A DNA stretch of 64,000 nt, from contig OZ024743.1 in NCBI GenBank assembly GCA_964016885.1, positions 368,652,001 to 368,716,000 of the forward strand, in the 5' to 3' direction. This DNA is from Eledone cirrhosa. Lineage: Eukaryota. The position numbers and the translations under genes were made by a program. Each line of letters opens with the position of its first letter. Position 1 is the stretch's first letter. The notes under the pieces are model-generated. The model was not told the origin of the DNA. It saw nothing but the letters and a program-made list of their open reading frames with translations, and ran no database searches. Shown here one piece after another: positions 11,742-24,945 of the stretch.

Positions 11742-12580
11742 TAAATATCTTTAAGTCGTTTGGAAGCCTCGACAATGCAAATGGGTAAATCTCCGGGTAA
11801 CAAGGTCCGGTGGTGGAGAGAGAGAGATGTAAGTGGGTGTACGTTGAGATCGTGGTGTGTATAAGATGTGTGAGATGTGTAGAATGAAGGGAAGAGTATA
11901 AAGGATAAAATTAAAATAACAACACAAGAGAGAGTTACCTTGGGAGAGATTTAATAGTCCCTATATATTTCGGATTCACATCCATCAACTGGGGTTTTTT
12001 TCCGGGGTGGGGGAAAAGGTTATCTGTCGGACAAGTCCGGAACGCGTCCTTCGCTGTTTGTTGTTTTGAATATCTGAGGTATTCGGCAGAGCGCGCGTGC
12101 GCGTGAATGGATTGACAGCTAGCGCCATCCCACTCCCTCATTCGGCCGCTGACCTCTGTACGACCGACCCCATTTCACGCGCACGCGCGCTCTGCCGAAT
12201 ACCTCAGATATTCAAAACAACAAACAGCGAAGGACGCGTTCCGGACTTGTCCGACAGACAACCTTTTCCCCCACCCCGGAAAAAAACCCCAGTTGATGGA
12301 TGTGAATCCGAAATATATAGGGACTATTAAATCTCTCCCAAGGTAACTCTCTCTTGTGTTGTTATTTTAATTTTTCCTTTATACTCTTCCCTTCATTCTA
12401 CACATCTCACACATCTTATACACACCACGCATCTCAACGTACACCCACTTACATCTCTCTCTCCACCACCGGACCTTGTTACCCGGAGATTTACCCATTT
12501 GCATTGTCGAGGCTTCCAAACGACTTAAAGATATTTACTTATTGTTCCACAATGCTTCAAGCAAACTTCAATACTCTCTT
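11742..12580. mobile_element. PLE-like near-perfect palindrome (~370-bp arms, ~59-bp spacer, 43-bp unpaired tail) inside (TA)n
   Basis: 11742-12110 is the reverse complement of 12170-12537; 12538-12580 is unique; hammerhead-like motif at 12287-12322. Confidence 0.75.
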
Positions 12581-13084
12581 ATATATATATATATATATAT
12601 AGTTTTAATAAACCGGAGAAAAAGTATTCAGTACCATTGTAGAGTTTATGACTTTCTCAGATGTGTATATGTGTATATAAATATGTATAAATTCAACCAC
12701 TAAAAATGTTTAATTATATTTTGTGTCTTGCTCTGTAGCTTTAATGATGAATACTTCTTAGTTTACTACCATTAAATTATAAACATTATCACGGTATTCA
12801 CTTCATGAACACACCAACAATAGAAACATGACGAAGTGTAAATTTGAAACTTTTGTTGCAAATATGTATGTTTCAAGTGACCAGTAATGAATAGTTTCTT
12901 TTGTTCTTATATACACGCATACAAATGTATATATATATTCATTTTATCAAGGCTAAATAGTAAGTCTTGTTACTATGAAGTTTCATCTGCTTCTAGATAG
13001 ACGTTAAACAATGAGGAGGGGGATGATGGTGATGATATGTGTGTGCGCGCACGTGTGTGTGTGTAATATAATATGTATGTATGC

Positions 13085-13265
13085 AAAAGGCAAACAGAAA
13101 TAAAAAAGCAAACGATGCAGTACAATGAAGAAATATATTATTAGTTTTTTGCTTGATATAGTAGGAAAAGTGTCTTAACGTTTCGGACGTTAGTCTTTCA
13201 TTAGAAAATAGAATGAGAAATTAAAGAAGAAATAGAAAGATTGGTGAGATAGGCAGGGCGGAAAC
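13085..13265 (-). mobile_element. Second, diverged copy of the 9730-9914 PLE-like fragment with a decayed hammerhead
   Basis: Minus strand ttctcattctatttt-CTAATGA-aagactaacgtcc-GAAACGTT-aag; downstream sequence matches 9839-9914. Confidence 0.65.
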
Positions 13266-13344
13266 AAAAATTATATATATTTTAGATAAAAATAAAAGGT
13301 CCATTCATGTTGCCATCTCTAGGAAAACTGTTGATGCTGGCATT

Positions 13345-16300
13345 TTCATCATCATCATCATTTTATGTCCGCTTTTCCCTGCTTGCAAGAGTGGGACAGG
13401 TCCTATTCAGCACAACAACTCTCCACTTGTCAAGGTCCTTCGTCATCTCCACCGTTAGCTTCAGCAATCTGAGGTCTGCTCTCACCACCTCTGCCCATAT
13501 TATTCGTGGTCTTCCTCTACCGCGTTTTCCTTCTACTGGTATTTCTTGGCAATTCTTTACCCAGCAATCATCCTCCATCGCATTCTTCTCTCCCGCACAC
13601 TACAACTTATTCCTCTTAAACACAGCTTCTCTCTCAACACATCCATGCTCGGTTGCTCATGCACATTGACATTGCACACCCAAAGGAGCATGCTTGTTTC
13701 ATTTCTCTCCAGCTGTCGCATATCCTCTGCAGTTGCTGCCCATGTCTCACTACCATGCAGCATCGCGCACCTCACACAGGCATCATATAACCGGCCTTTC
13801 GTACGCAAGGAGAAACCCTTCTTTGTCAACAGAGGAAGTAGCTCCATAAACTTCTTCCAGCCTGTCCTTATTCTAGATACTATGACCTCAGAACCCCCCC
13901 CCTCCCACGCTAATCTGATAATCTAGGTACCGGAAGCTATCAACCACTTCTATAGAACCTACCTGCATTTGAAAAATGTGTCTATCAATGCGACTTCTAC
14001 TGTCAAATTTCCCTGTACATCTACTGCATACGTATTTTTCCCTACCTGTTAGTTTGCCTGCTATCCCACTACATATCTTGTGTACCCAAGATCTGCATTG
14101 TGGACATTTTATAGAATTTATGCCAGTTCCTCTTCTGCATATCGAACATGGCCATTTCCCTGACGGAATCAGAGTTTTGTCCTCTCGTCTACTTATCAAC
14201 ACTTTTGTCTTAGCTATGTTCACTCTCAGTCCTCTTAATTCCAACTGTTGTTTCCATAGCCAGAATTCATTCTCTAGCTCCTCTACTGATTCTGCTATAA
14301 GAACCAGATTGTCAGCATAGAGAAGTTCCCATGGGCATCCAGTCTTAAACTCCTCTGTTATGGTTGGAGGACTATAATGAACAAGAGCAGGCTGAGGACC
14401 GAACACTGATGTACTCCTACTTGTATCTGACATTCCTCATTAAATTCCATTCCTACCCTCACTTTACTGACAGCACCTCTGTACAAAGCTTGCACTGTCC
14501 TCACAAGCCATTCCTCAACACCTAGTTTCCTTTAGGACCACCAGATGACAGATTAGGTTACCCTATCAAAGGCTTTCTCTAAGTCAACAAAAGCTAAGTA
14601 TAGTGGCTTATTCTTCTCTAAGAACCTCTCTTGTAGTTGCCTCACTAAGAAGAGGGCATCTGTTGTACTTTTCCAAGGCACAAAACCAAACTGCATCTCA
14701 TCTAGTTTCACCCTTTCTCTAATTATTTGCGCTAATATCCTTTCTGCCACTTTCATAACCTGATCCATCAGTTTTATACCCCTATAATTGCTCCTCTCTA
14801 GAGCATCCCCTTTACCTTTGTAGCAATTTATGAGAATACTGCTACACCAGTCTTTGGGTATGACACCACATATATAGCTTGATTGATGATGCGTGCAACC
14901 AGTTTCGTGCCTACATCCCCTGATGCCTTCAGCATCTCAGCAACTATCCCTGACGGTCCAGCAGCCTTACCATTTTTCATTGCCTTAATCGCCTCTTGGA
15001 CCCTATATTCGTCAATCTCAATAGCTGGTCCCTCTGTCGGAACTACTGAGGGTAATTTCTCTCTCTCCCATTCGTTCTCCACATTCATCAGTCTCTCACA
15101 ATGACATTTCCAGGCCTCCTTTTTCTGATCATTCGTGACACTAAGTACACCGGCATCATTCCGGACACACTTATCTCCAACAACATCCTAATTTTCATTG
15201 ACACACTGCCTTACAATGCAGAACACTGCACGTCTCTGATCTTCCCATCGCAGAACATTGGAAAACCTCCTACTCTCAGCCTCCCTGCGTGCTAAGTACA
15301 CCTGACGTCTAGCTTCTTTCTTAGCGGGTGTATATCCTTCTCTACTTCCACCATTTGTCCAAGCGTTCCATGCTAGTCTTTTGTCTCTAATGGCCCTATC
15401 TACCATGCTGTTCCACCACCAGGTCACTCTCCGTCTGGTTGGAGCAGAGCTCCAACCACAAGTTTCTTCAGTAGCCTGCAGTAAGTTGTCACGTAAGAAA
15501 TTCCAGTTATCATCTATGTTATACGACTCTAAATCATCTTCTTTTTCGTCATACACATCTTGAAGGGCTTTCCTAAATTTATATTTTAGCGAAAGGTCTT
15601 TTAGCTTCCAGACCTTTCTATTCCACACCTTCCTGTATGTCTCATTCTGTCTCTTGCTTACTGAGATGTCACTAACGACTAACCTTTGCTGTGGGGTACA
15701 TTCTTCCCCGGAGTATGCCTTAGTATTTGACACCATCTGTCTGTCTCGCTGCCCAACTAGCAAGAAGTCAATTATGTGCTCGCCTGATTTGTAGGTTATT
15801 AGGTGGTTGGCAGGTTTCTGGAAGTTAGTGTTGCAAATGGTTAGTGCACTTGCATCACAAAATTCAAGAAGCCTCACTCCTTCTTCATTTCTTGAGCTGT
15901 AACCATGCCCACCATGTACCCCAGTGTATCCATCCTGGAGCTGTCCAACATGACCATTGAAGTCCCCTGCCAGCATAACGATGTCTCCATCCTCTGTCAT
16001 TGAGGCTGATTGTAAAAGTTGCTCGTAAAAGCAGTCTTTCTCTTCTTTACCTAGGCCCGCCTGGTAAAGAGATGATTGTCAGTAATCTCTTGCCTACAAC
16101 TAATCTAAGCTTAATTATTCTATTACTAACTCTAACTATCTCCATTGTCTTATTGATCCATCTCTCAGCCAGTAAAATGCCCACCCACCTAACCCATCAT
16201 CTTTACCCACCCAGAAAAGTTTATAAGTAAGATGTTTGCCTGGGATTAGTCTTGCAGAGGCACCTCTCCATATCATCTCTTGCACACAGCACACATCCAC

Positions 16301-16940
16301 ATGCCTTCTCTCCAGCATCTCTGCTATCTCACCAGATCTACCTGTTAGAATGCCAACATTAAGTGCGGCAACTCTGAGATGCGACGTCTTCATATTCTTG
16401 TTCTTTTTCCAGTTGTGTGATTGCTTGATGACGGTCGGGGGGTTCTCGCACATGGCCGCACCAGCCTCCCCACTACCGTGCACAGCCCTAACATGGTTAG
16501 TGTTATTGCTGTTGACGCAGTTGTTGTAATGATCATAGTGTTTGGCAGTAGTATATATACTGGTTGGATGTCCTTCCTAACACCAGCACCACTTTACAGC
16601 ATGGACTGGGTGCTTTTATTCGTGCTACCAGCATTAGAGAGGTTGTCTTACTGGACTCAGGGCCCCTATCCACCCCTCCATTTTACAGCATAGAATGGGT
16701 GCTTTTATTCATGCCACTAGCACTAGGGAAGTTGTCTTACTGGACTTAGGGGACTTCTCTACCCCGCACCAATTTATTCGGAGTGGTAGCTCTCCTAGAC
16801 AGGTTGCCTACACTACGGCTTACGGAGCCTCCGTCCACCCCTTGTCTGTTCTATGATATATTCACGAGGGAGTGGTTAGCATAAACCGTCAGGTATGTAT
16901 ACCGAATGTGGTGGAGGTTGAGAACGGAAATGGCGTATAC
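13345..16940 (-). mobile_element. Near full-length but frameshifted RTE LINE (related subfamily) including 5'UTR
   Basis: ORF pieces cover the APE N-terminus (LNVG..CCVQE), GDFNGHVG, RT (QFGF..DLEKAFD; YADN), the Cys/His finger and the C-terminus (13363-13578); (gat)n tail. Confidence 0.92.
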
Positions 16941-17002
16941 ATACAAATTTATATGCAAACACATTCAACACAGTTTATTTCACATACAAATCTCATACAT
17001 AC

Positions 17003-17077
<75 letters not shown>

Positions 17078-17123
17078 CAAATCTCATACATATATATATA
17101 CAAATCTCCTACATATATACATA

Positions 17124-18380
17124 CTAGCTGGCTCGTCCGGCTGGTGCCCGGCTAGGTATAGCAGCATTTTATCTTTTCAGATACCGCACGCCCTCTCAAG
17201 TCACATTGTCGTTCGTTGTACGTATCAAGGGGGGGGGGGGGGGGGGCTGTTGTGGTGACTCATTTATGACGTGAAAAATACCACCACCACCACTGGAATG
17301 CTCAACGATCATAATCACTCGATTACATGGTAAAAGTTACAACTGTGGTGTTGGACCATTAGTTTTGCCACAATCCTGCTATTGTCGCATTGGTTGCGAG
17401 GGCTTTCTAAAATATCTGATGTAGGCCTACCACCAGGTGCTTTCCGACTGGGCCTGCTAGTTTAATGTACTGGCAATTAACGTAGCAAGGAATATAGTGG
17501 TGATTGCGGATGAATGTGTCAACACGCTACTTGATTGTCTTCTTGCTCCCTGTTGTTACCAGTATGACCCTCAATGACCTATATTTTTCCCTCCAGTAAA
17601 CATGCCCATCTCTTCTTTCTATGTAATTCTGGATGAAATGCTAGTGGCAAGTGTGTGGTTTTCAATAAGAGGTACGCTCCTGCACTATCTTCCAACTACA
17701 GAGCTAAGGGGAGAAAGCTATTGTGGTGACTCACTGCTCGTGAGGCTGGGCTGATCGAATGGCTCTCGCATGAGTCCTCAGTTGCTGAGGACGAGACTGA
17801 CGCTGCTCTTGAGGCTGGGTTGATAGAATGGTTGTCGTATGAGTCCTCGTCTGCTGAAGGTGAGACTGGCCTGCTCGATGGCCTGCTCGACTGGCTCTTT
17901 CATGAGTCTTCATCTGCTGAAGGTGAGACTGGCACTGCTCTTGAGGCTTGCCTGCTTGACTGGCTCTTGCATGAGTCCTCATCTTCTGAAGGCGACGTTC
18001 ATGATCATCTTCAGACTCTGCTGCTCTTTTTTCTTCTGGAAAATCGGATCTTGCGGCCAGGCCGGGACTTTTTGGGTGGCATATCGGCAGTAACAATGGT
18101 TGTTTGAACAGGGTCATGCTTGCTTTTTATTCAAGGGAGAGTGATGCATAGAAATCGAATAACCAATCAAGTTATGAGGGGTCAATCATGACTGATAGTG
18201 ATTGGCTTCAGTTAAAATGTGATTGCACACGCGTGAGTCAAAAGATCAAAGGATGCATTGTGTTGCTTAGTGAGATTGGTGGTGTTAATCTGTATGCCGT
18301 CTACATGGACAGATGAGAAAGGCCAGCTCCCTCGATTTCATTCAATAAATCCACCATTGGAGTGTTCTACGGCATCCAGA
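17124..18380 (-). mobile_element. Non-autonomous Helitron derivative
   Basis: Minus strand starts A|TC (18380) and ends with a gccggg..ccgg hairpin then CTAG|T (17124). ORF 17731-18117 has 23-aa repeats (QEQRQSRLQQMRTH-like) resembling STPR repeats of Helitron RepHel N-termini. Confidence 0.7.
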
Positions 18381-19182
18381 TATATATAGCTGACGTACCT
18401 AGCTTTGCTTGGATAAACAGACGATAAGCCGTCTGTGCTTTCGTACAGTCGAACTAAAGTAAACAAATCGCTGCATAGTTAACGAAATAAATACAATGTT
18501 TGTTTAGATTTTGTTTTTGTAGTTCTGTATTGTGTGTTTGTGTATGCAAAAATATCTGTACACCAATATATAATACCAGAAGGTTGTTTATATATTGTCA
18601 ATGCTCTTTCATCACATATTCTGTGACCTCCTTAGTAACTAGGTTTTTATTTTGTATCTCTCCTTTGCTCTGTCCTACACCAAATTGAAGTGTGTCTTAT
18701 GAGCCATGAAATATGGTATATGTGTGTGTGTATGTTGTTTATTTATGTTCATACACTGAAAAAAGCGCTACCTAATATTTCAAGGTCCAGTTATGGCCAT
18801 CTTTTCAGATTGTGTATGCTGTTGCAGAATGCATGGAAAAGCAATCAAATTTAAGAGCTAATCATCAGGGGCTGGGACCAGTTTGAAAATACTGTTAAAA
18901 GTACATATATATTTGTATCTGTGTTTGGTATTGTGAATATATTGTACAGAGATTTGTATCTAATTGTAGTGGTATGTTCAGTATAAGAAATGTATGGTGT
19001 TATGTCTTAGTTTGTAATATAAAGATTTGTATTTAAGAACTGGAGTTGGGCAGTATAGAAGGTGAAGAGTGTTGTGTAAGAATGGAAAATAGAAATTGTA
19101 GAAATCAATGTGAACGTGGCTGAGGATCTGGTGAATTTATTAAGTGTTTCTACTTAGAAAGGAATGGGCTTTGAAATGTAAC

Positions 19183-19712
19183 GTTAGGGTTGGAGTTAGG
19201 GTTAGAATTAGGGTTAGGGTTAGGGTTAGGGTTAGGTGGTAGAATTAGGGTTACAGCTCGAGTTAGGATTACTGTCAGGGTCAGAGTCAGAATCAAGGTT
19301 AGGGTTAGTGTTAGGGTCAGGGTTAAAGTTAATATTAAGGTTAGGATTAGGTTAAGGTTAAGTTTTGGGTTAGGATCAGGGTCAGTGTAAGGGTTAGGGA
19401 CAGCATTAAGATTAGATTAGTGTCAGTGTCAGGGTTGGTGTTATGTTTAGGTTCAGGTTCAGAGTCAGGGATGGGTTCAGGTTAGTGTCAGGGTCAGGAT
19501 CAGGATTCAGGTCAGGGTAAGGGTTAGCGTTAGGATTAGGCTTAGTTTTTAGGGTTAGGTTTTGTGAAGGGTTATACTTAAGGTTAGAGTTGAGGTTAGT
19601 TAGCGTTAAGGTTAAGTTTAGAGTAAAGTTTAGCTTTAGGGTTAGGGTTAGTGTTAATTTTAGGTTTATGATTAGGTTTAGTGTTATGTTTAGGGTTAGG
19701 ATTAGTGTTATG
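19183..19712 (+). repeat. Degenerate interstitial telomeric array (TTAGGG)n
   Basis: ~530 bp of ttaggg/tcaggg/ttagtg 6-mers kept largely in register. Confidence 0.88.
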
Positions 19713-19829
19713 GTGGAAGGCAGGTGGCTGAATTAAGTGCAATGATTGCAAGAGCTGGTACATTTATGTGCCAGCTTCAGCGTTCAGTCATCAGAAGGGA
19801 GGTAGGTTTAAAAACTGAACTCACTATCT

Positions 19830-20260
19830 TAACTTCGGTATTCACCCCAACTCTTATCTATGGGCATGAATCTTGAATAATAACTGAAAGAATATGATTG
19901 CGAATACAAGTGTCTGAAATGGGATTCCTCTGAAAGGTCTCTGGTATAACGTTACTTGATAGAGTGCATACATCAGAGTGTTGTTCCAGATAAAGCTGCT
20001 ACTTTTCCAAATTGAGAGATCAAAGTTCTGATATTACTGACATGTGGTTAGAATGTCTCAGATTGAGAGATATTAGGGGCAGAACTAACTGGCATGAGAC
20101 CTCGAGCAAGATGGTTGGATAACATCCATGAGCTCAGCTAGTCTTGCTTGGGGATCCATCCGGATCAATTGGAGGCAGTTGCTTCTGACAGGACCCACTG
20201 GAAGGAGTATTTGAGGACTCTACCCCCAAGACTCTCACAGGGCCTATGCTGAAGTGAAGC
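19830..20260 (+). pseudogene. Old RTE-clade LINE 3' fragment
   Basis: PTLIYGHES*IITERI*LRIQVSEMGFL*KVSGITLLDRV, then a RPRARWLD-like stretch. Confidence 0.7.
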
Positions 20261-21582
20261 GAGCAGCTAAATATATAAGAGACTCTTATCTGTGAGGGAT
20301 ACAGATGTGTATGTTTATCAAAGGCTGAGCTACTAAGCCATAACAGACATCATACTCATGGAAATAACACCTTTGGTTACCTCATACATGTTGATTTTAC
20401 ATGTGGCATCTGTATGAAAGGGTGTCACTCTGCAGGTGGACTAACACAGTCCCCACAAAACAACCACCACCAATTATGGATTAAAGCATTTCAGAGTGTA
20501 TGAATAGAAACAAAACATTTTGATTACTCATTAGTATATATATGAAAGGAAATTCAAAGACACACTGCACATATAGATACAAAAAGTTGCAAATGAAAGA
20601 ATCATTATAAGTGAAAATATTTATGAATGCAAAATTCTGAAGCTCAAATATAACCCAGGAAACTACTTGCTATGTGAGATAGGAAATTACATATGGAATT
20701 AATTGCAAAATTTTGAAAAATGAACGGAAGCTTTTGGTACAGAAAAGGCAAGAATATTTTACTGGGCTAAATGAGGCAGCAAGAAGAATTTGAAAGAGCA
20801 GTGACAAGTTATATATAGGCATTCATTTTAAACACTGGATAAGAATACAATCAAGTCAAATCAGATTCTAGCTAGAAGAATGCAATGGAGTGACAGTTGT
20901 TATATTTGACAGACGTTATAGTCTCACAGGTAGTTTCTTAGGAAATTAAATGTTCAAATATTTCAGGGAATGTAAATTGCTATTTCATATAAAATGTATA
21001 GTCTTCATGTTGACAGTGACTAAATCAGTTGAAGCAGGTAATTAACCAGTGTTTCTCAGGAGCCAGTTGTGTGACTATATTCCACTTTTCAAGTTAAACA
21101 GGAGGCAAAATTTTGTCCCATTTACATAGGGGGTGGATTTTTCTAATATAGTCCATTTAATGAAAAATGCTGTGCACATGAAGCGAAATTCATTTTGAGA
21201 AATGGTATAGACCAGATTAATTGAATTTAGTTTGAAGCTTTTTTTATAGTTACTTACCTTTACATTATCTATAAGATTTGTTAATTTATGGCTAAATTTG
21301 AGATTGCCTGCCCTTGATGAACTCTCCAGTATATTCTAAAAACTTCAAAATAATCTGTGGAGGTATCCATTTTTATTTTATATAACAGGCTGAATGAGTT
21401 GGAGGTGTATAGCCCAATGAAAATTAAGTAACTGTATATATCACTGTCATAACTAATTATACTTAACTCGTCCTATGGACTGAGTGCTTTTACCCTTGGA
21501 TATTTCTACCAAATTTTTACTACAATATATATATGTATATATATATATATAGGAGTAGTAACACAACAGTTAGTTCACCATA

Positions 21583-21623
21583 CCGAGAACAATTGTTTCA
21601 CCTTATGCGGATCTTCAGTTTGG
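21583..21623 (-). ncRNA. Hammerhead candidate in the PLE left repeat (stem I partly decayed)
   Basis: ccaaa-CTGAAGA-tccgcataaggt-GAAA-caattg-TT-ctcgg. Confidence 0.55.
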
Positions 21624-22916
21624 ACTGGTAATGGTTATACAGAACAGGAAGAACAACCGTATGAACATGCATGTGCAGAAACGGTCACTTCACCCAAGCG
21701 ATACAAAACTACGGGTGAAAGGTGTAAGGGAGATAACTGTGAATGTCTGGAATAAAATGTTCGAGTTGATTAGAAAATTAGAATATTGTTGTTGTTCAAC
21801 CCGGAGCTTTGTAGTTATTCAAGAGGTATTTCCAGACATGTGGACAACGTGAGAAGATTTCATTTCTTGAATTTAGGCAATCGCTATTGCGTAATCTCCT
21901 TAGAATATTTATCCTTTCTTCAATACACAGTCCACAAGACGGATTGCTTGGACTTAGTGATAGCTTTCCATTGGATGGAGTAGTCTATACCTGAGTCCTT
22001 GAGGGACATATGTGGTTCGCGAGCTTTGTGGATGATCGTTTGTCCGGGTGCCTAAAGGTCGACTGATCGTTCAGGAAGCGTTCCTTAAATCGGCCCTCTG
22101 CCATACCCACATAGGATTTGACCTCCTGTGGTTCATTTGGTTGGTTGGAGGTGACCCAGCGTCATAAACTACAGCAGGTGTGTTGCATTGCTGTTGAAGG
22201 GGACAAGCTTCAGGCTTTCGGCAAGAGCATCCTGGTGGGATGCTGTTCTTAGGACTATTGGTGATGTGGGCCTGCATATTCTTATCTCAGGAGTACCCTA
22301 GTTTCACTCTGCGTCTGTTAAAGATGGAGCGGTATTTGTGACCTATGGGAAAGTGTCTATCTAAGAGGGCTAAAAAAATGTTTCTACATTAGTTTTAACA
22401 TTAGTGAGAAGGGAGGAGAGAACCAGATAGTTTGTTTATTGTTATGATTTCGTTTCTTATTACTGTTGGTGTTAGCGGGGGAGTAAGTAATTGGTTGTGA
22501 GAAGCCGCTGTTAGATAACACCATGTTGTAGTAGGGGGCCGCTCTGTCAAAGATTGCTTTATTAGAGGAGAGGTTAGAGATTCTAGTACAAGGTTTCTAA
22601 AAACAGTAGGAGGGTGGCATGAGTCCTTGTGTATGTAATTAAGTTTTTCATTTAGACTGAAGGTATGTGTGCGGAGGTCTAAATTAATGTCTAAGAAATC
22701 TATGCTAGAGAGGTTGGTAGCTACCGTTATCCTAAGGATTTAGGATAACAACAACATTCTAATTTTCTAATCAACTTGAACATTTTATTCCGGACATTTG
22801 CAGTTATCTCCCTTACACCTTTCGCCCGTGGTTTTGTATCGCTTGGATGAAGCGACCGTTTCTGTGCATGCACGTTCATACGGTTGTTCTTCCTGTTCTG
22901 TATAACCATTACCAGT

Positions 22917-22957
22917 CTGAGCTGAAGATCCACATAAGGTGAAACAATTGTTCTCGG
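22917..22957 (+). ncRNA. Hammerhead candidate in the PLE right repeat
   Basis: ctgag-CTGAAGA-tccacataaggt-GAAA-caattg-TT-ctcgg; palindromic ACAATTGT stem III. Confidence 0.7.
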
Positions 22958-23272
22958 TATGGTGAACTAACTGTTGTGTTACTACTTCTACCAAACTTGT
23001 CCCATGGACTGAGTGCTCTACCACTATGGATATGACTTTTCAGTGTTCTACCTCTCTCTCTATATATATATCATACATATACATATCATATATAAATATC
23101 TCGGAACTAGCTATTGAAACAGCAAGAGCTCAGCCGTCGAGGTCCCCACCCTTTCATATATATATATAAAATTTAATATAGAAATGGCTTCTACAGAACT
23201 AGAAGTGTTTCATTAGAAAGAAGTGATCAGGAAAACCCTGATATATATATTAGATATATATTAGATATATAT

Positions 23273-23600
23273 GGAGGCACATGGCTTAGTGGTTAGAGCA
23301 TTGGCCTTGCAATCGAAAGGTTGTGAGTTCAATTCTCAGACCGGGTGATGTGTTGTTTCCTTGAGCAAGACACTTTATTTCACATTGCTCCAGTTTACTC
23401 AGCTGTAGAAATGAGATGATAGGGACTGGGGTCTCTATCATTCCACTGTAAAGTGGTCGTGGAGGTGCCACGGCAAAAAAGCACCCAGCACTCACTGTAA
23501 ATGAGGTTGGTGTTAGGAAGGGCATCCAGCTGTAGAAATCAAGCCAGAATCAGTTCCCGCCCCACCCTTGCAAGCAGGGAAAAGTGGACGTAAAATAAAA
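23273..23600 (+). mobile_element. Full tRNA-CORE SINE with RTE-derived 3' tail (tail variant 2)
   Basis: A/B boxes and CORE-like domain, then ggaagggcatccagctgtagaaa and cttgcaagcagggaaaagtggacgtaaaat matching the 3' end of the RTE at 13345. Confidence 0.8.
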
Positions 23601-23667
23601 TGATTAGATTTGATGTTTTCACTCTACTAATGTATTAAGTACCTTACTTTCTGTGGTTGAACCCATG

Positions 23668-23713
<46 letters not shown>

Positions 23714-23714
<1 letters not shown>

Positions 23715-24317
23715 CTCGAGAGAAGGCTACGTTGGTATGGACACGTGATGCATGAAAGACGATAGCTGTATATAGGGCAATAAAGATAGACGGTAGCCAC
23801 AGAATAGGCAGACCTAGAAAAACCTGGGACGAGCTGATAAACTCCGACCTCACACACTTACACCTCTCCAAGACAATGTCACTGGACAGTACTCAGTAAC
23901 AGAGAAGACCCGCCTTACCTAAATACATAGTAAAACCTACTACAGCCAGTAGGCATCTCTAACAAAATACCCCCCTCCCCGTACCACCATCCCCACCCCA
24001 TCCACACCACCCCGTTCTATGTAAAGTTATGTTGGTGCCACAACATCCAGGCCGAAACAAATGAGATCGTGTATGTGTCACGACAAAAAAACACACAGTC
24101 CACGCTGTAATGTGGCCGTGTAGGCAACACGGTAAAAACCTCCCAGCCCCACACAGTAAATGTGGTTGGTGTTAGGAAGGGCATCCAACTGTAGAAAACC
24201 TGCCAGACAGTCCTATGCGAGCAAGACAATCACTCTTGCCTCAAGTGGGACTACCCCCGTCCAAACCCATGCAAGCGTGGAACACGGACGTTAAACGTTG
24301 ATGATGATGATGATGAT
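23714..24317 (+). mobile_element. RTE LINE 3' fragment
   Basis: Matches ~42194-42796 with small deletions; starts at (TA)n and ends in (gat)n. Confidence 0.93.
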
Positions 24318-24900
24318 CTTGGGTTGGAAACAAAGTTCTCCTACAACTTTTATTAACAACAATGTACAGGGTGGTCCAAAAGTCTTGTCACCCCCTACCA
24401 AAATATAATGAGAAACAGTTTATTTTGCAGTATCATCCTCTTCAGAGGAGCTGGTTTGCCGAATCTTGCAGTGAAGTCATGTCGCACATACTCCATGCTC
24501 TTGCCAGAATGCACACGATCATGTGTCCATACACTTGTAAGCAGCCTCACTTCTAAACTGTAGGAGCTCTGAAATAGAAAATTATATTATTATTATTATA
24601 TATTATAATAATAATATAATTATTATCAGGGAGACCACTAATCATGGGAGTAGTCAGTGCATTGGGAGATGTAGAATGGGTATTGAGATATGTAAAACCC
24701 CGAGCGCGGTGCCAAGTAGTTTCAGCTATATATATGTGTTTGGTTGAATGCATGTCTATTGAATACATCAATATTGTGTATTTTCAAGGGTTATATCTGT
24801 GAAAATGTGTGGGTGTGTATTCCTTAAATATTCATGTCTATGCTTTTGTATGTATGCAAATATATGTAAGAGAATGTATTTATATTAAAGTTATGCACAC

Positions 24901-24942
<42 letters not shown>

Positions 24943-24945
<3 letters not shown>

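Larger units (their letters stand above)
21550..23051 (-). mobile_element. Penelope-like element: truncated RT-thumb/GIY-YIG region with an inverted terminal repeat
   Basis: Minus-strand remnants DFLDINLDL..HPP..AAPYYN..IWFSPPFS..RHFP and GCSCRKPEACPLQQQC..VVY (ORF 22071-22277). 21550-21795 is inverted relative to 22747-22990; tail 22991-23051; (TA)n on both sides. Confidence 0.88.

Noticed and set aside
12799-12838. Hammerhead relic cacttc-ATGAACA...GAAACATGAC-gaagtg
   Set aside because: Stem I is perfect but there are three core mismatches and no stem II; at best a fossil.
16780-16945. HDV-like ribozyme in the RTE 5'UTR
   Set aside because: I could not assemble consistent P1/P2/P3 pairings by eye; it needs a motif search.
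19183-19712. True telomere or chromosome fusion site
   Set aside because: Highly degenerate, single orientation and embedded in interspersed repeats.
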